Below, one piece after another: positions 13,469 through 26,826 of a DNA stretch of 64,000 nt (position 1 is the first letter of the stretch; every line of letters starts with the position of its first letter). The notes below the pieces were generated by a model. The model searched no databases. It was not told where the DNA came from and was given only the letters and a program-made list of their open reading frames with translations. Source of the DNA: Yuukianura sp. NJ FZ-2021 (Eukaryota). The stretch lies in NCBI GenBank assembly GCA_046563655.1, contig CM102289.1, positions 7,626,001-7,690,000 on the forward strand, given 5' to 3'. Both the position numbers and the translations under genes were made by a program.

Positions 13469-13659
13469 ATGCCCTCCTATTTGTAGCTCATCAATAAAAC
13501 TGGAACTGGAAGGACGAGTTTAGGAAGAAACAGGTTGTCATCAGTTTATTTATTCCTACAACTAATTAGAATTGAATCATTATACCGGAAAATAGAGTCA
13601 TATCTGGAACAAGGCTAATGTCATTATTCGCTGGCTGGAAGAATTTAAGGAGAGGAGGA

Positions 13660-15038
13660 TCAGATGAACTGTTTCTGCATTTCGTCGTACATCACAAGCA
13701 CAATGGCTCCACCGGTTCCACGAAGAATATTTGAAAAACAGCCCTTAAAGAATGCTCTCGGCCCTTCGTTAACCTGGAGAACCAAAAATGCGTCAATTCC
13801 TGGAAGTCTGGACACATTTAGACTGTCGACTGTCCTAAAGAACGACAGTAAAAGAAAAAGAGATCGGGCGCAAAAAAAATCTCTCACCACATACATACGG
13901 GAAGGTTTTGTGCCCGATCTTTTTACTGGCGTTCTTTATGACGATTGACCGTAGCATAGCAGTAACTCACCAAAATCTTCCTCCAGCAATCCATCGTTGA
14001 GCGGTAAATAATGTCTTTTCGACCAGCCTGCATCATCATGCGACGTCGTACTGTGTCAAATGGATAAGCAATGACTCCGGCTGCTGTTTCTACTCCAAAG
14101 CCAATACCAAAGGTCAAGAATGGATTAGACTTCTTGGGGTCATCATAGATGAGGGCTTTTATGCTGTCGTAAAAGCCGAAGAAGGCAGCTCTGAAATATA
14201 ATTACATAAAGGTAGCTGAATTTGAATTTGTCAATTTTTGTTTGGATTGTTGCTAACTAACCTGTAAATGATGATTCCAGCTAGAGACACTCCAAAACCG
14301 TAGTACAAACCACGTACTCCATCCTATAAAAAACGACCATACTGTTGCCTCATACTGTACATGGACATTCAAACAGTGTTAAGGATTTACACTTTGGTAA
14401 GTCTTCTTCAAGCAATCTAGCAAGCCGGTGTATAGACGATCGTTGGTACTTCGTCCTACATCTGCACCCATCCGGGTTCTGGCGAAATCCAGCGGATATA
14501 CAAACATGAGGGAAGTAGCACCAGCGGCCCCGCCACTAGCTAACATTCCAGCGAAGAACTTCCAGAAATCCGTTTTCTTGTCATGTCGAACGAAAAGCTT
14601 CTGGTACTTTTCTTTGAAGGCAAAGTTCAGCGCTTGAGTTGGGAAATATCTGTCACGTAAAAACTTCAATAATTTCAACAACCGATGGAACAATTGAATT
14701 GATTCGTTTAATTTGTGTACCTCAAGACATTAGCCCAGTTTCCTGTGTTAGAAAGATCAATTTTAGCACCAATTCAGTGTTAACGGGCAACTAAAATCAT
14801 TCTCACCTCTCCAATACGAAACTGCTCCTTGTTCCTTGTATACCCTGAGCAAGCAATCCATGAAACCATTATATTTCACAGTTTTAGCTCCTCCTCCAAT
14901 TTGTGTTGAAGCATCCTGGACCTGAAGCAGTAATTTAACACGCTCCAACGGTGACACAACGGTCTTCGATACTCCGCCGGCGACTCCACCAAGAATGAAA
15001 TCTCGAACGAAGTGGTCGTTCTTTCCAGATGATCCCAT
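13660..15038 (-). CDS. ANT: ADP/ATP translocase (SLC25 family), 302 aa, 6 exons
   Basis: Exons 15038-14807, 14742-14721, 14649-14391, 14323-14262, 14190-13971, 13773-13660. [33 protein letters not shown] and the RRRMMM signature. Confidence 0.95.
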
Positions 15039-16126
15039 TTTCGCTGTAAAGCAAATCGAAAGTACACAACTATTAGAATTAGACTAAACGTATTGATGTG
15101 TGTCTGTCAACCCAAAATTGAACAATCAATTTCATATTTGATTAGATTATTAATACTAATTGTGTCAATTATGGTTACATAAATAGATTATCAATTTACC
15201 TTAACCTTAACAATCACTTCCCTGTAACCGATTCGGATGATAACAAAGGTGCGTGACGGAACTGGTTACCCAGATATTACGTTACGTTTATTAAAAAAAT
15301 CTTTTTAATCTATTTAAGGGCGTCAGGTGAGTGGAGTCAACAGTTGGTGCCGGCCAAAGTCAAATGTCCAAGGTAAGTTAGTCGAATTCTGAATTTACAC
15401 CAAAAAGTGAAGCAAATTTAATCACCTCTTCACCTTTACCTTAAGATAAAGCTACAGCCAACTCCTCCTCTGCGAAATTCACACGGTATTTTTTAATTCA
15501 TTTTAATTGGTCAATTGGTGTTGACAGATTGAGTTAAAAGTTGGCGCCCCGGTATTTTTTGAAAGTGCATGCAAATATTGCTATGCAGAAGTCGGCACGG
15601 CAGTTTACCGTCGCATTTAACGAATCCGACGATTCTGTGTATTGGTCAGCCCAGACAACAGGCCCACCCTGATTAGCCCAAATAACATGTGGAAAAAATA
15701 TTGAAACTTTACACGGGGTACACTTGGCTTAATGAGTCATTCATTCCAGTATGCGGATGTCACTGTTAAATGCCAACAGTGTCAAATTTGCTTCTAATTC
15801 ATCTGCGATCATCGCATCGTGACTCAAGATTCACGAAAACTAAATCTCAACGTCATTGTCATTGCTGACTTCGTCATTTCTTCTAAAAGGTGGGGATATT
15901 TTGCGTAATTGTGGTTCGCACTCGCAATTTTTGGTTTTGCGGTAGTAATTGATTGCTGTGCTGATTGCGAACTAGGCGAATTAAGTTAACTACGAATTAC
16001 ATTTTGGTTTTCAGTTATAACTAGAGATACATTAGCAGTTGAAGTGGCAACGAAGGGTTGTTTAAAGACTCTCGTGTAATATTTAAAGCACAGCTAAAGA
16101 TTTAACTCTTTTTTGCCTTAGATTCA

Positions 16127-17677
16127 ATGGAAACGATAATACCATCCCGGAAACCACAGTTCGCAACCGTAACATGTCCAACATGCAATACCAAGGTGGA
16201 ATTTGCACTACCTAGTCAGAATTACCTGTCCTCTGGTGCTTCAACTGTCAAAGTTGGTTGTTATGCATGTACGTTTCACATAAGCTACAATGTTGGTAGT
16301 GGGTCACACGCAGCGTCTGCAAATCACACACCGTCGTCAACCACTCCGACTACAAATCGAAAGAAATTTAGAATCGGGACAGATGAGGAACCATATTCCT
16401 TGGAATACTACGAAACACTTGGAATCGGTCCCACTGCTACTCCAGCTGAAATTAAGAAAGCTTACTATGCGTTGGCCATGAAGTTTCACCCGGACAAATG
16501 TAAAACGGATGACGCTGAGGAGAAGTAAAAAAAAACCGGAACATAAATTAGTACATTCACATTCAAATTCGAAAATTGTGATATTACTTTGATTTCTTTC
16601 AGATTTAAGAAGATATCCGAAGCTTATCAGGTGCTATCTGATCCCGTTCTAAGAAAGAAATATAACGAATATGGTCCGAAGAATGCAGCCCCCGAAGGTA
16701 ACGAATTTCTTAGTACAAAATGTTTCTATATGCGGCCATTTTTTAATGTCGAGCTTTGAACTTTATTTAGGTGGATTTATGAATCCCGAGGAGTTTTTCC
16801 AAGCTCAATTTGGAGGAGATCGATTTATCGACATCATTGGGGAATTGGCAATCGCCAAACACTTTAAATCTGCAATGGCTGATGCTGAAGACGTTGGGGA
16901 AGGCGATGCTGGAAGTACAGCAGGAGCAGGAGGTGGATCAGCCGTTTCAACGCAAAATGGACTCACAGCGGAAGAGAAAAAGAAAATCACCATGGAGAAA
17001 CGAATGGAAGAATACGAATTACGTAAAAAGGAGAGGGAGGAGCGTGTGGCTAAACTAGCAGAGAATTTAGTAACGAAGTTAAAGAACTTCAGAGTAGGGC
17101 AAGAAACGGAATTTCGGAGATTCATTCACGATGAAGCAGAAGAATTGAAAGTCCAGAACTATGGTGTTCAGCTACTTCATTCGATTGGGTACATTTACTC
17201 AAACAAGGCAAACGAGTATTTGACGAAAGATGATCTCCTTGGAGTGACCAGTTTCTACCACAAGATGAAAATGAAGGGTCACGCTATTAACGAAACGTTT
17301 TCAACCATAAAGTCCGCTGTAGACGTTCACAAAACGTTTGTCCAGCTACAGGTACGTTTGCAAACTGAACTTCACCGTTTTCAATTACTTTTTTGTTGTT
17401 TATACTTCACCTTTTGTAATTTTAGGAAGCTGAGAAACGAGGAGAACTGGCAAACGAAGACGTCAAACAAAAGTGGGAAGCTGAAGCTGCGAGGAAAGGA
17501 ATCGAAGCACTTTGGCAAGGCAGTAAGTTGGAGGTTGAGTCAGTTTTGAAGTCAGTGTGTGACCGAGTTCTGGGTGACAAAACGATTGATTCAGCCGAAA
17601 AGAAGCGAAGATCAGAGGGACTCAAAATTATTGGAGAGATTTACCGTTCTGTAAAACCTGTGTTTGAGCATGCCTAA
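16127..17677 (+). CDS. DnaJ protein with N-terminal CxxC..CxxC motif, J domain and DnaJ-X domain (Djp1/Caj1-like), 441 aa
   Basis: Exons 16127-16524, 16603-16697, 16771-17351, 17426-17677. [108 protein letters not shown]. Confidence 0.9.
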
Positions 17678-18546
17678 AGTGCGTTAAGCAAACACAATAA
17701 TACTTATGCATGAATATGAATAACGTTTTTTCGAAATTTTTCTTGTTCATGTCATACAAATTTCACCAATCAGCATTACGTATATGCCTTCGTTGTCTTT
17801 GTATCTTACCATTTTACCTAAAATACACACTCCATTGCATTGTAGTCACTTACATGTGTAAACGTTTTAACGCAGCTTCTTGCTAGTCCCTTTTATTCTT
17901 TAGACTTTCGAATTTAGTCCACAAACATACGCTAGAAATTATAAGACGAATTCATTCCTTAAAATGGTGGGAAATGTGTACCTTTGTGGTGATGTGGTTA
18001 TGAAGATTTTATTATAATGATATGAAAAATCCGCTAATAATCTATTAATTCAAAAAAAAAAGATTAAATTAAATCAAATGTATTTGTCACAAAACTTTTT
18101 TTTGTAAACTTAGTATTTATCCAATTTCTCCAATACTTTTGTCAGGTTAGTTTACATACGTCTTACAAACGTTGTCGCATACTACGTGGTATAGTATTAC
18201 CTACGTCAAACATTGTCAGAATGTCAGAGGTTCTTTCGCGTACAAGACGATAATTACCATTACCAGGAACCTTACTGTATTTGTAGTATTGTAGTAACCG
18301 TATGTCTCAATGTTACCCGTCTACCCGCGTATCACGTAATTTTGAAAGTATCGAAAACTTGTCAACTAAAAACATTGACATTTGACATTGGTGAAAAATG
18401 TATTACTACAGTCAATACAGTGGACAGTGGAGTAATGTAGTTGTTAGTGAAGGTCAAGGGTCAGCATTTAGCATTCTACCTGAACATTGGTAATGTCTGT
18501 ATCTAGTTGTTTACAATTAACGTCAGAAACTCAAAGTTTTTAAGTA

Positions 18547-19722
18547 ATGTTAATGTTATGGAAAGAGGGTCTCGGAAATAAGAGATTGGAAATTAGCAGC
18601 TTAATTGTTATATACTTTGCCTACTTTATAACAATTACCCCAACGGAACTTGTCGTCAATGTCAAAAATCATGTAAGACATCGTTACTTTTGAATTATCG
18701 CTTAAAATGTGTCGATTATTAATCAAAAATGTTGTTTACTCTTCTTTAAACAGGGAGGAGAAGTATTTCAAGAGTCTATTTGGGCTAATTTAACCGATGA
18801 CACGGTCCACCTTGAAGTGGAACAGCCAGACGGGAGTGTCATTATCCAGTTGATTGATTTCAGAAACGTATGACGATATAAACTATTAGTTTTTTTTTTA
18901 GCTAAAAGTAAAGATGAAGTAATTTTTTTCTAGGAAATACAAATCCTAAACGCATTTATTTTGGGGGAAGAGGAACGGAATGCAGCACAGTTCCAAGTAC
19001 TGTGCTTTGTCAGTCATTTTGACAAGGCTGACTTTATTCCTACTGACGCAATGGCCAAATTAAGACAAGTATTAACACTTTAGTTTTTAGTCCTCAGAAA
19101 CTGTCGTCAATGTCGCCATGTCACTTTTAATTGTCATTGCATCTAGAAAAATCCTTGGGCCATACGAACTCCCGAACGAGATCTCGGAGACGAAACATTG
19201 ACAATGGACGTCCTCTTGGACATCAGCACATCTGGCTGGATCTCACCACATATTAGTCATGTATGCGCAGAAGCTAGAGAAACTACTTACGGTTCTGAAT
19301 CACAATTGAAGCAAATTGTTGCCAAGAGACTCGCGGACAAAGCTAACGACACTTCTGTTGAACGAAGCATGGCATTTGCGGATGCTCAGGAACGTTATCT
19401 TCGAACAGTCAAGCCATTTCCTATTGAAAAGTTTGACTGCAATTCGCGTTACATCTATGACAAACCGTGTCAGTGTCAACTTAACCTCTGTATTCGTAAG
19501 TAACTTTTGAATTTGAATCTACTGTTAACACCATCACTTTTAGACAACATTAGTACGTATCAATTTTCATTTTTCATAGGGTGGTATCCATGTGCTCTCA
19601 AATATTGTCAAGTACATGATTCTTCTGGAAAATCTACTTCGTCGTATCGTTGCGGAATCCAAACATGCAAAAAGTGTCGCCATTTTATTTACTCTGTTTC
19701 GCGTAAATTCTTTTGTGTTTAA
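18547..19722 (+). CDS. oaf: Out at first protein
   Basis: 5 exons. ELVVNVKNHGGEVFQESI; QLIDFRNEIQI; ILGEEER; DAMAKLRQKNP; WYPCALKYC; YRCGIQTCKKC. Confidence 0.9.
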
Positions 19723-20421
19723 TAATGACTATTAGTTATAAACTATGTAAATGTTTTCCGAGTTTGACCTTTAGTCTTTCTCAGGATTAGTTTGTTTTTA
19801 TTACACTTCCAACATTGCATTACTGAAATTCATGTTCCCAGCCTTTAATTATCACTCTAGGTTAATTTTCTTTAGCGACAAACCTAATCGAAAAGTAAAG
19901 TTGAAGTAACTCCGTTCATCGCATAACTTACACGACTGTCACATAAAAACCCAAGTTAAACGGATCCTTTAAAATCTCAGAATCTCTATGTCGTCGCTGG
20001 TACATTATGGTAGCCGTATTTCATTTCGTTAAAAAGCTTCCCAATGATGTTATGTACATGTTGCATTATGGACTATAGGATTTAGAATGTCAATCATTCA
20101 AAAAACCGCATTCGGTAAGATGAGTTATATAACCATCTATTAATTCCCTCTAATCGGCATCTGCACTTTCTGGTAGTCCAGCAAAACCGAAGATTTATCA
20201 AGTCAACCGCATTGAAATACTTTAGGCATCATTATATGCCAATACCACAAATAATCAGAAAAATTAACACGAGATTTATGAAGTGATGTTGAATTGATGT
20301 AATCCGTAGTTACGAATCGAACAGTTTCAGCTTGATCCGGAATGTGTTAACCACTGGTGTAAATGTTTAACTTTAAGGCAAAATTAAGTCCCTTTAAAAA
20401 GATTTGAACAAAACACAAATT

Positions 20422-22456
20422 ATGGACCACTCGGCTACAGCAAACCGTCCAACGCCAAACGGAAATGGCGAGCACAATTTGAACGGCGCGAATTACAACG
20501 AAGCTGAAGCCAACAAAACGCTTAGCATTCAACAATGGATATTCTTTGTCTCATTTTTTGCAAGCAGCTTAATGCTGGAAGCCATTGGTCGCCTTCCAGG
20601 TCCAATCTTCCCACAAAAAGTAAATTTTTCAAAACCTAATCATTTTTGAATATCATTTTTGAAAATTTCTAATTTTGATTTATAGGCTGAGGAGAAAGGC
20701 TTAAGCTTATCAGTGTATGGAGCCATAATGGGAATGAGTGGATTCGCAAGAACGTTTGCTATTTTTATTGGGATAACTGTAAGACAAACCTTAAATTTTG
20801 AAATCGTGTTTTAGAATCTAAATTTTTTCTTAGAAACTCTTTGAAACTCTTTTAGAACTTGGATAGAATTTGCATTCGAAAAGTATACTTGATGTCCGTT
20901 TTCATTGATGGATTGTGTCCAACACTCTTTGGGTAAATCGTTTTGAGTCATGTTCAAATTGAAATAATTTACGCTTTTTAAATATTTATTGTCTCCGTTT
21001 TAGATTACTGGACCACGTAAATTCGGAGCACATTTTTGCTGGAATAGCTTTTGCTATACGTGGGACAGAAGGCGTGTCCAACATTGGAGTACAGTATGCA
21101 ATCTACGCAACTTGTGCTGCGATGTTTCCTAAAAAATTTGGCACTGCGATTGTAACTTGACATTTACAACATGAGTTAACTTAAACAAAAACTTAAAATT
21201 CTTTTTTTTCTCTGTAGAGTATTCCAGAAACAGGGTTTTTGATGGGTATGCAGATTTTGATCCTATTTTTGAAACTTACGATTAATGTTTTTTAAATGCA
21301 ACGTTTTTAAAATTTTTGAGGTGGCGTGCTGGGTCCATTTGTAGGATCAACAGTGGTACCACATTTAGGCTTTATGTGGACGTTCATAGCGTTTGGAATT
21401 GTGCAAATGGGAATTGCACTTCTATCATTTGCGTATCTCCCTCCAGTTCCAAAATACGAATTCATTGACGTTCCACTCAAACATGTTTTGAAACGTTACA
21501 AAGAAATGTTTAGTGTTCCGGATATCCTGTTCAGCGTTTTGGTCCTTACGTTGGTTGAAGTTGGCGCTGATTTCGTGTCGACGATTCTGGAACCAGGATT
21601 AAGAGAAGTAATAATCCCAGTGCACGTTTGGTGCCAACAGTTTTAACTTTGTATGTTTCTGTATTTCAGCATCACTTTACTCATTATCACATTGGATTGA
21701 TGTTTCTTTGTGTTGGAGCACTAAATGTGCTGTCTCCAGTATGGGGTGTCGTGCTGGATCATATTCCAATGCCAGAAGTAGTCGTCGGTATAAGCTATTT
21801 GCTACTTTGTATCTCACTCATTTTTCTAGGCCCTCTGCCGTTTGTCCCGATTCACAGGTAAAGGTCAAAGGTCACAAAAAAGCCAAGTTTGGTCATAATT
21901 TGGTAAATAGTGGCTCAAATTTGTATTTTTGCAGGACTTATACTTCCATTGTATTTGCACTTTTACTGTTTGGATTCGGTCAGGGAATGTTGAATGTTTC
22001 GGCGGCGGTAAATTTCAAATTGGAATTGGGGTAAGTTGAGAACCTTTTACATTCGGATCAAATTTTTGCACTTCAAAATCATCTTTTATGTGAAATCGCA
22101 GAAATGGAGGCTTCACTGACAATGACTCTGTCGTCCGAACGTTTTTGCCAGTTGTTTATGTTGCGTCAGCCGGAATCGGAGCATTGATTGGATCTTCCTC
22201 TGCTGGAATTCTGTTTGATCATTTTGAATTTTCGCATGCGCTGTTATTTCTATTTACATGTGACTTCACAATGGTACAGCAACAATCCAACCAAAACTAA
22301 ACACAGGAGTTTCAATTGCTTTTCATAAGCTTTTTTGTGTTCCAGAGCTGCTTTATCTTCTCACGATTGGTATCCAAAAAATGTCGCTCTAGCAGGAGGA
22401 GGAGCAAAGAATACTTTTTAGATGAGGAAAAGAAGCCACTGACCAGTTCAAAATAA
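20422..22456 (+). CDS. MFS transporter, SLC18B1-like (divergent)
   Basis: Multi-exon hydrophobic protein: PIFPQKAEEKG, AIRGTEGV, ETGFLMGGVLGPFVG, STILEPGLR, IGLMFL, LIFLGPLPF, GALIGSSSAGILFDHF. Includes a 27-nt exon at 21219-21245. Confidence 0.8.
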
Positions 22457-23599
22457 TAATTAATGTCAGCTAATTTTCAATTGATCAAATCATTATCAAT
22501 ACGTTATGTCCAAGTATTTTTATAAACACATCGGAATTACAATCGCTACTTTTGGTCATACTCCAATTCGGTTTTTAAAATTGCGTTCTGTAATTTTTAT
22601 TGTAGCACTTCATCTTTGCTATTTTTTTCATGCGGTTAATTGATAGAATCTAATTGAATATTGATACAAAGTTATCGCTTCTTTAAATTAGTTTAGCAAA
22701 GCTCAGAACGGAAATACTAAACCGCATAACCCTCAAGCTTTGATAGGCTTTGATGTGTGGTATGTTTGGACTGCTAATTTCGTGCATTTCGTGCGAACAA
22801 AATTTCAGGTTTCGCAAAAATTCTACTTAGCAAATTTTTCTTTTTCGCACAATTTGTGAAAAGAAAACTTAAAAAAGTTTTAAAACCCAGAACTTTTGAA
22901 TAACTAGAAGTAATCAAATTTTCTTACAACCAAGTAAAACTTACAGCTCTATTTTGAGATGTTCAGCAATATTAATAGTAACTCATATGAAAATGCTTAT
23001 GCGTAAAAAATTACCAAAATGAGTTTTATTTTGAAATTGGCAACACAAAAGTACATCCCAACTTTATCCCTGTTTTATTGAGACATGCATTTATAACCCC
23101 CTTGGGAAGGTCACTGAAATTTAGGCCAATTTGGTAATTATTGCTCCCCATCATTGTTCGATTGTTGCGATTGTTTGGTAGTACTCAATTCTGCTATGCG
23201 AATTTTGTATTTGCAGCACGAAGTGTAGTTAATCTTTAACCACGTTTAGTTATTCAGTTTCTTCAGTGCATCACGTCGTGTTTGGACTGACTGGTTATAA
23301 AACTACGATTACTTAGCGTGTGTTCTGTTCCGTCATCCTATTGTGTTCCGCAATCATCAACGGCATATATGTTTCTTGGTTTTCAATTTCCAGCAAATCT
23401 GGACGAATATTATTTTTATTCTATTTTAGTATTTTACCTAGAAAAATTTTCTGAAAAACAAATTCCCAAAAAATATTTTTAATGAGCAAAACATTAAAAA
23501 AGTTAAAAGTTCAAGGGCTCTGTTCGAAAATAACATTGTTGTTAAGCTAATTTGTGACCTTGTAACTAAAGATTGAATCTACAAAGTACATGAACAAAT

Positions 23600-25838
23600 A
23601 TGAAAACTAAACTTCCGAAAGATTTGATCAAGGAAAGTTTTGCCAAGTGCTCTGGTGATTATGGATCGACAAAAAGTCCAGCAAAAAACGAAATACGACT
23701 GCGCAAAGAAATCGGATTGCTAGAAGCAGTAGCGTTAACGGTTGGTGCTATCATTGGGTCAGGTCAGTAAAAACCAATATTAAAAAAACGAATTTTGGTG
23801 TAGAAAAATGTTTAGTTTTGGTTTTTGTAGGAATTTTTATATCGCCTAAAGGCATCTTGGAATCCGTTGGTTCTCCAGGAATGACAATCGTTATATGGAT
23901 TTTGTGTGGATTTATTGCAACTAGTGGAGCCATGACACTTATGGAAATTCAATTGGCAATTCCAAGTTCTGGAGGATTCTATAGTTACTTCCTGGAAGTT
24001 CTTGGTCCAATTCCAGCATTCCTAAATCTTTGGATTCACATGTTCATTTTTGGGTACACTTTTTTGAGAATTTGAAAAACGAAAATTTTGTTTCATGTTT
24101 GCATAGTACGTTTTACATTGGTTTTAGGCCATCCAGTTTAGTAATTCTAGGACTCGCCATTGCCAGGTACATTACTGGTGCTATTTTTCGAGAATTAGGT
24201 AATTTAGGAAAAAAATTGAAATTTTATTCAGAAAAAAAACGCTTGAAACCTTGATGATTGATTTTTAAATTCGCATTTTTTAGAGTATCCAGCTCCAGAA
24301 ATTGCGTTAAAACTAATCGCCGTTTTGTCAATATGGTTGTTTATTTTTTTGAACTGTTACGACGTCCGTGTTACGGCAAAACTGCAACAAGTGTTTTTCC
24401 TTGCCAAAATTGTTCCGTTGGTTGTAGTGATTGTAGCTGGACTTTACTATGGCTTAACCACGGGCGGTGCAACTATTACGCAACTTTGTAGTTTTGAAGG
24501 TGCCACTACCGATCCAGGAAAAATAGCTTTAGCACTGTACTACGGTGGATTTACATACGGCGGATGGGATTCTCTGTGCTCACTTACAGAAGAAATCAAA
24601 AATCCAAACAGGTTCCAAACTTCCAATCCAAACTTCCAAATAAAAAAAAACTTAAAAAAAATCTTAGCCAATTTTTTCTTTGTTTAATTTTAGAAACATG
24701 CCGCTTTCAGTCTACATTTCAATTCCCTTAATCACTGCCATTTATGTGCTAACCAACATAGCCTATTTGATTGTCCTTCCACAAGAGGAGTTCTTGGCTT
24801 CTGAGGCCATTGGAGTAGTAAGTTTTGGCGAATTTCAAATTTTAGTGCTAAAGATTGATGTCTAACTTGAGAAAATACTTTTAAATCACACGATACATGA
24901 ATTTTATTTATGTTTTTTAAACCATTTTTTTAGACATTTGTTGAGAAAGTTTTTGGACCTTACGGTTGGATGATGAGCGTTGTTGTGTCAATTTCAATTT
25001 TAGGTGTTCTGTCAATTAATATTCTGACAGCATCTAGGTAAGCTTTGACCGTGACCTTCAAATGACCTTGACGAATTTAGATGACTGATTGACATTTGTT
25101 CACTTCAGGCATGTTTTTGTTGGCGCCAGAAATAGACAATTTTTGAGCGTGATGGGACACTTAAAAGAATCAAGAATGACACCAGTCCCAGCAATTCTAT
25201 TTCTGGTAAGTGTCAAAAAACTTCAAAATATGTTTATCAAAAAACTTCAAATCAATCAAATCTTACGTAATTTGTTTTTTCAATTTCAGGGAATTATGTC
25301 ACTGGCCTACCTGATTACAACAGACATTTTTCTACTGATTGACTACACCAGCTACATGCAGAACATGAACAATTTCGGAATTTTGGTTGTCTTCTATTAC
25401 CTCAGATGGAAACAACCAAAACTTGAACGACCTATTAAAGTAAAATTTATTATAAAATAAATTATTCAAAACTTACAATTAAAAAATTATTTTGGCGCGC
25501 TTTTTTTTAGGTATCACTTGTTCATCCATTTCTGTTTTCCTGTTCTACTCTATTCATGATGATCTTCCCAATTTACAATCGACCAGTTCAAGTTGGCGTT
25601 GGACTTGCAGTAGGATTGACTGGCCTTCCAATTTTTCTATTGTTCTTCTATGCCAATGGAAAGCCTAGAAACACTTTCCGCATTTCAAACATCACAGGTT
25701 AAAAAAAAGTGTTACAAAAAACTAAATGTTACAATCGCTGTTGACAATTTCACAGTATTTTTTTTAATTCCATCCTGATTTGCAGGAAAAGTGACACATT
25801 TTTTGCAGAAACTATTTCTGTGCTTACCTGAAGACTGA
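23600..25838 (+). CDS. SLC7 L-type/y+L amino-acid transporter light chain
   Basis: [87 protein letters not shown]. Confidence 0.9.
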
Positions 25839-26826
25839 AAACCGAGCATTTTAAGATTAAATATAAAACATGAACATGAAGTGCAGCTTTACTTTATTTT
25901 GTTTTACTTTGTATATTACTTTGTACATCATGAACTATATTTTATTTGTTTATTCTAATATTCTAAAACCTTAACACTTCATACAAAAGTTTCTAAAAAA
26001 TTCAAAAATAAATTTTGGAATGTGTAATGTCTCTGCACTGATAGCATTATTGCGCATAAGCACAAATTAGAGCCGTTGCTCCAAATTAATATTCCCGTGT
26101 TAAACGAAGCATGACTTTGAATTTTTTACATTAAAAATGACTATAAAGTTACGCAATTCTTATCCATGTGATAATTAATTAATGGATTTAGGAAACAAGT
26201 GATGTAAATTAATTTCATCATGGAAAGAAGATACTGCTTCCGTATTGTCACCTTCAGTTGTGTGATGACGTCAGGGAAATTGTTTTTAAGTATTTTTGGA
26301 TAAGCAATAAGGACAACCTGGCCTTTGATTAAAAAAAAAATCAGCTTGACAATGCACAAATTTCACTGAAAATCACATGAGATAAAAAATATTTTAAAGG
26401 TGATGTCAACTACTGTGTTGGAATGTCGGTGATTATGTGAAACAGAAGGCTAATCTCGATCCCAATGATACTGTTCTCATTTTAGTTTTTTATAATTGGT
26501 ACTTACTCTCGGAAAAACCAATTTGCGAATTTCAGCTGAGGGCATACAGCAACTCTCAATTTAAAGGGAAACAAAGGAGGAGCTGTCAGTCAGCAAAAAA
26601 ATCCTTGCAAAAATTAACACGGCGCGACAATTCGCAAGAAGATTGTTGAGCTGCATCTCAAATTCTGAGAAATTAGATTCACGTCTATACAAGCGTAAAG
26701 GTGAGTCAAGGATTTTATGTGTGCGAATTCTCGACCATCACAAAAGTGGAACTCTTTCATTTCATTTCGCAAAAAATTTGCAAATCATCCCACCGTGCTG
26801 TGCTCAAAAATACTTCCTTCTAAACA

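Noticed and set aside
12804..17125. Antisense ORFs over COASY, ANT and the DnaJ gene
   Set aside because: Shadows of real coding exons on the opposite strand.
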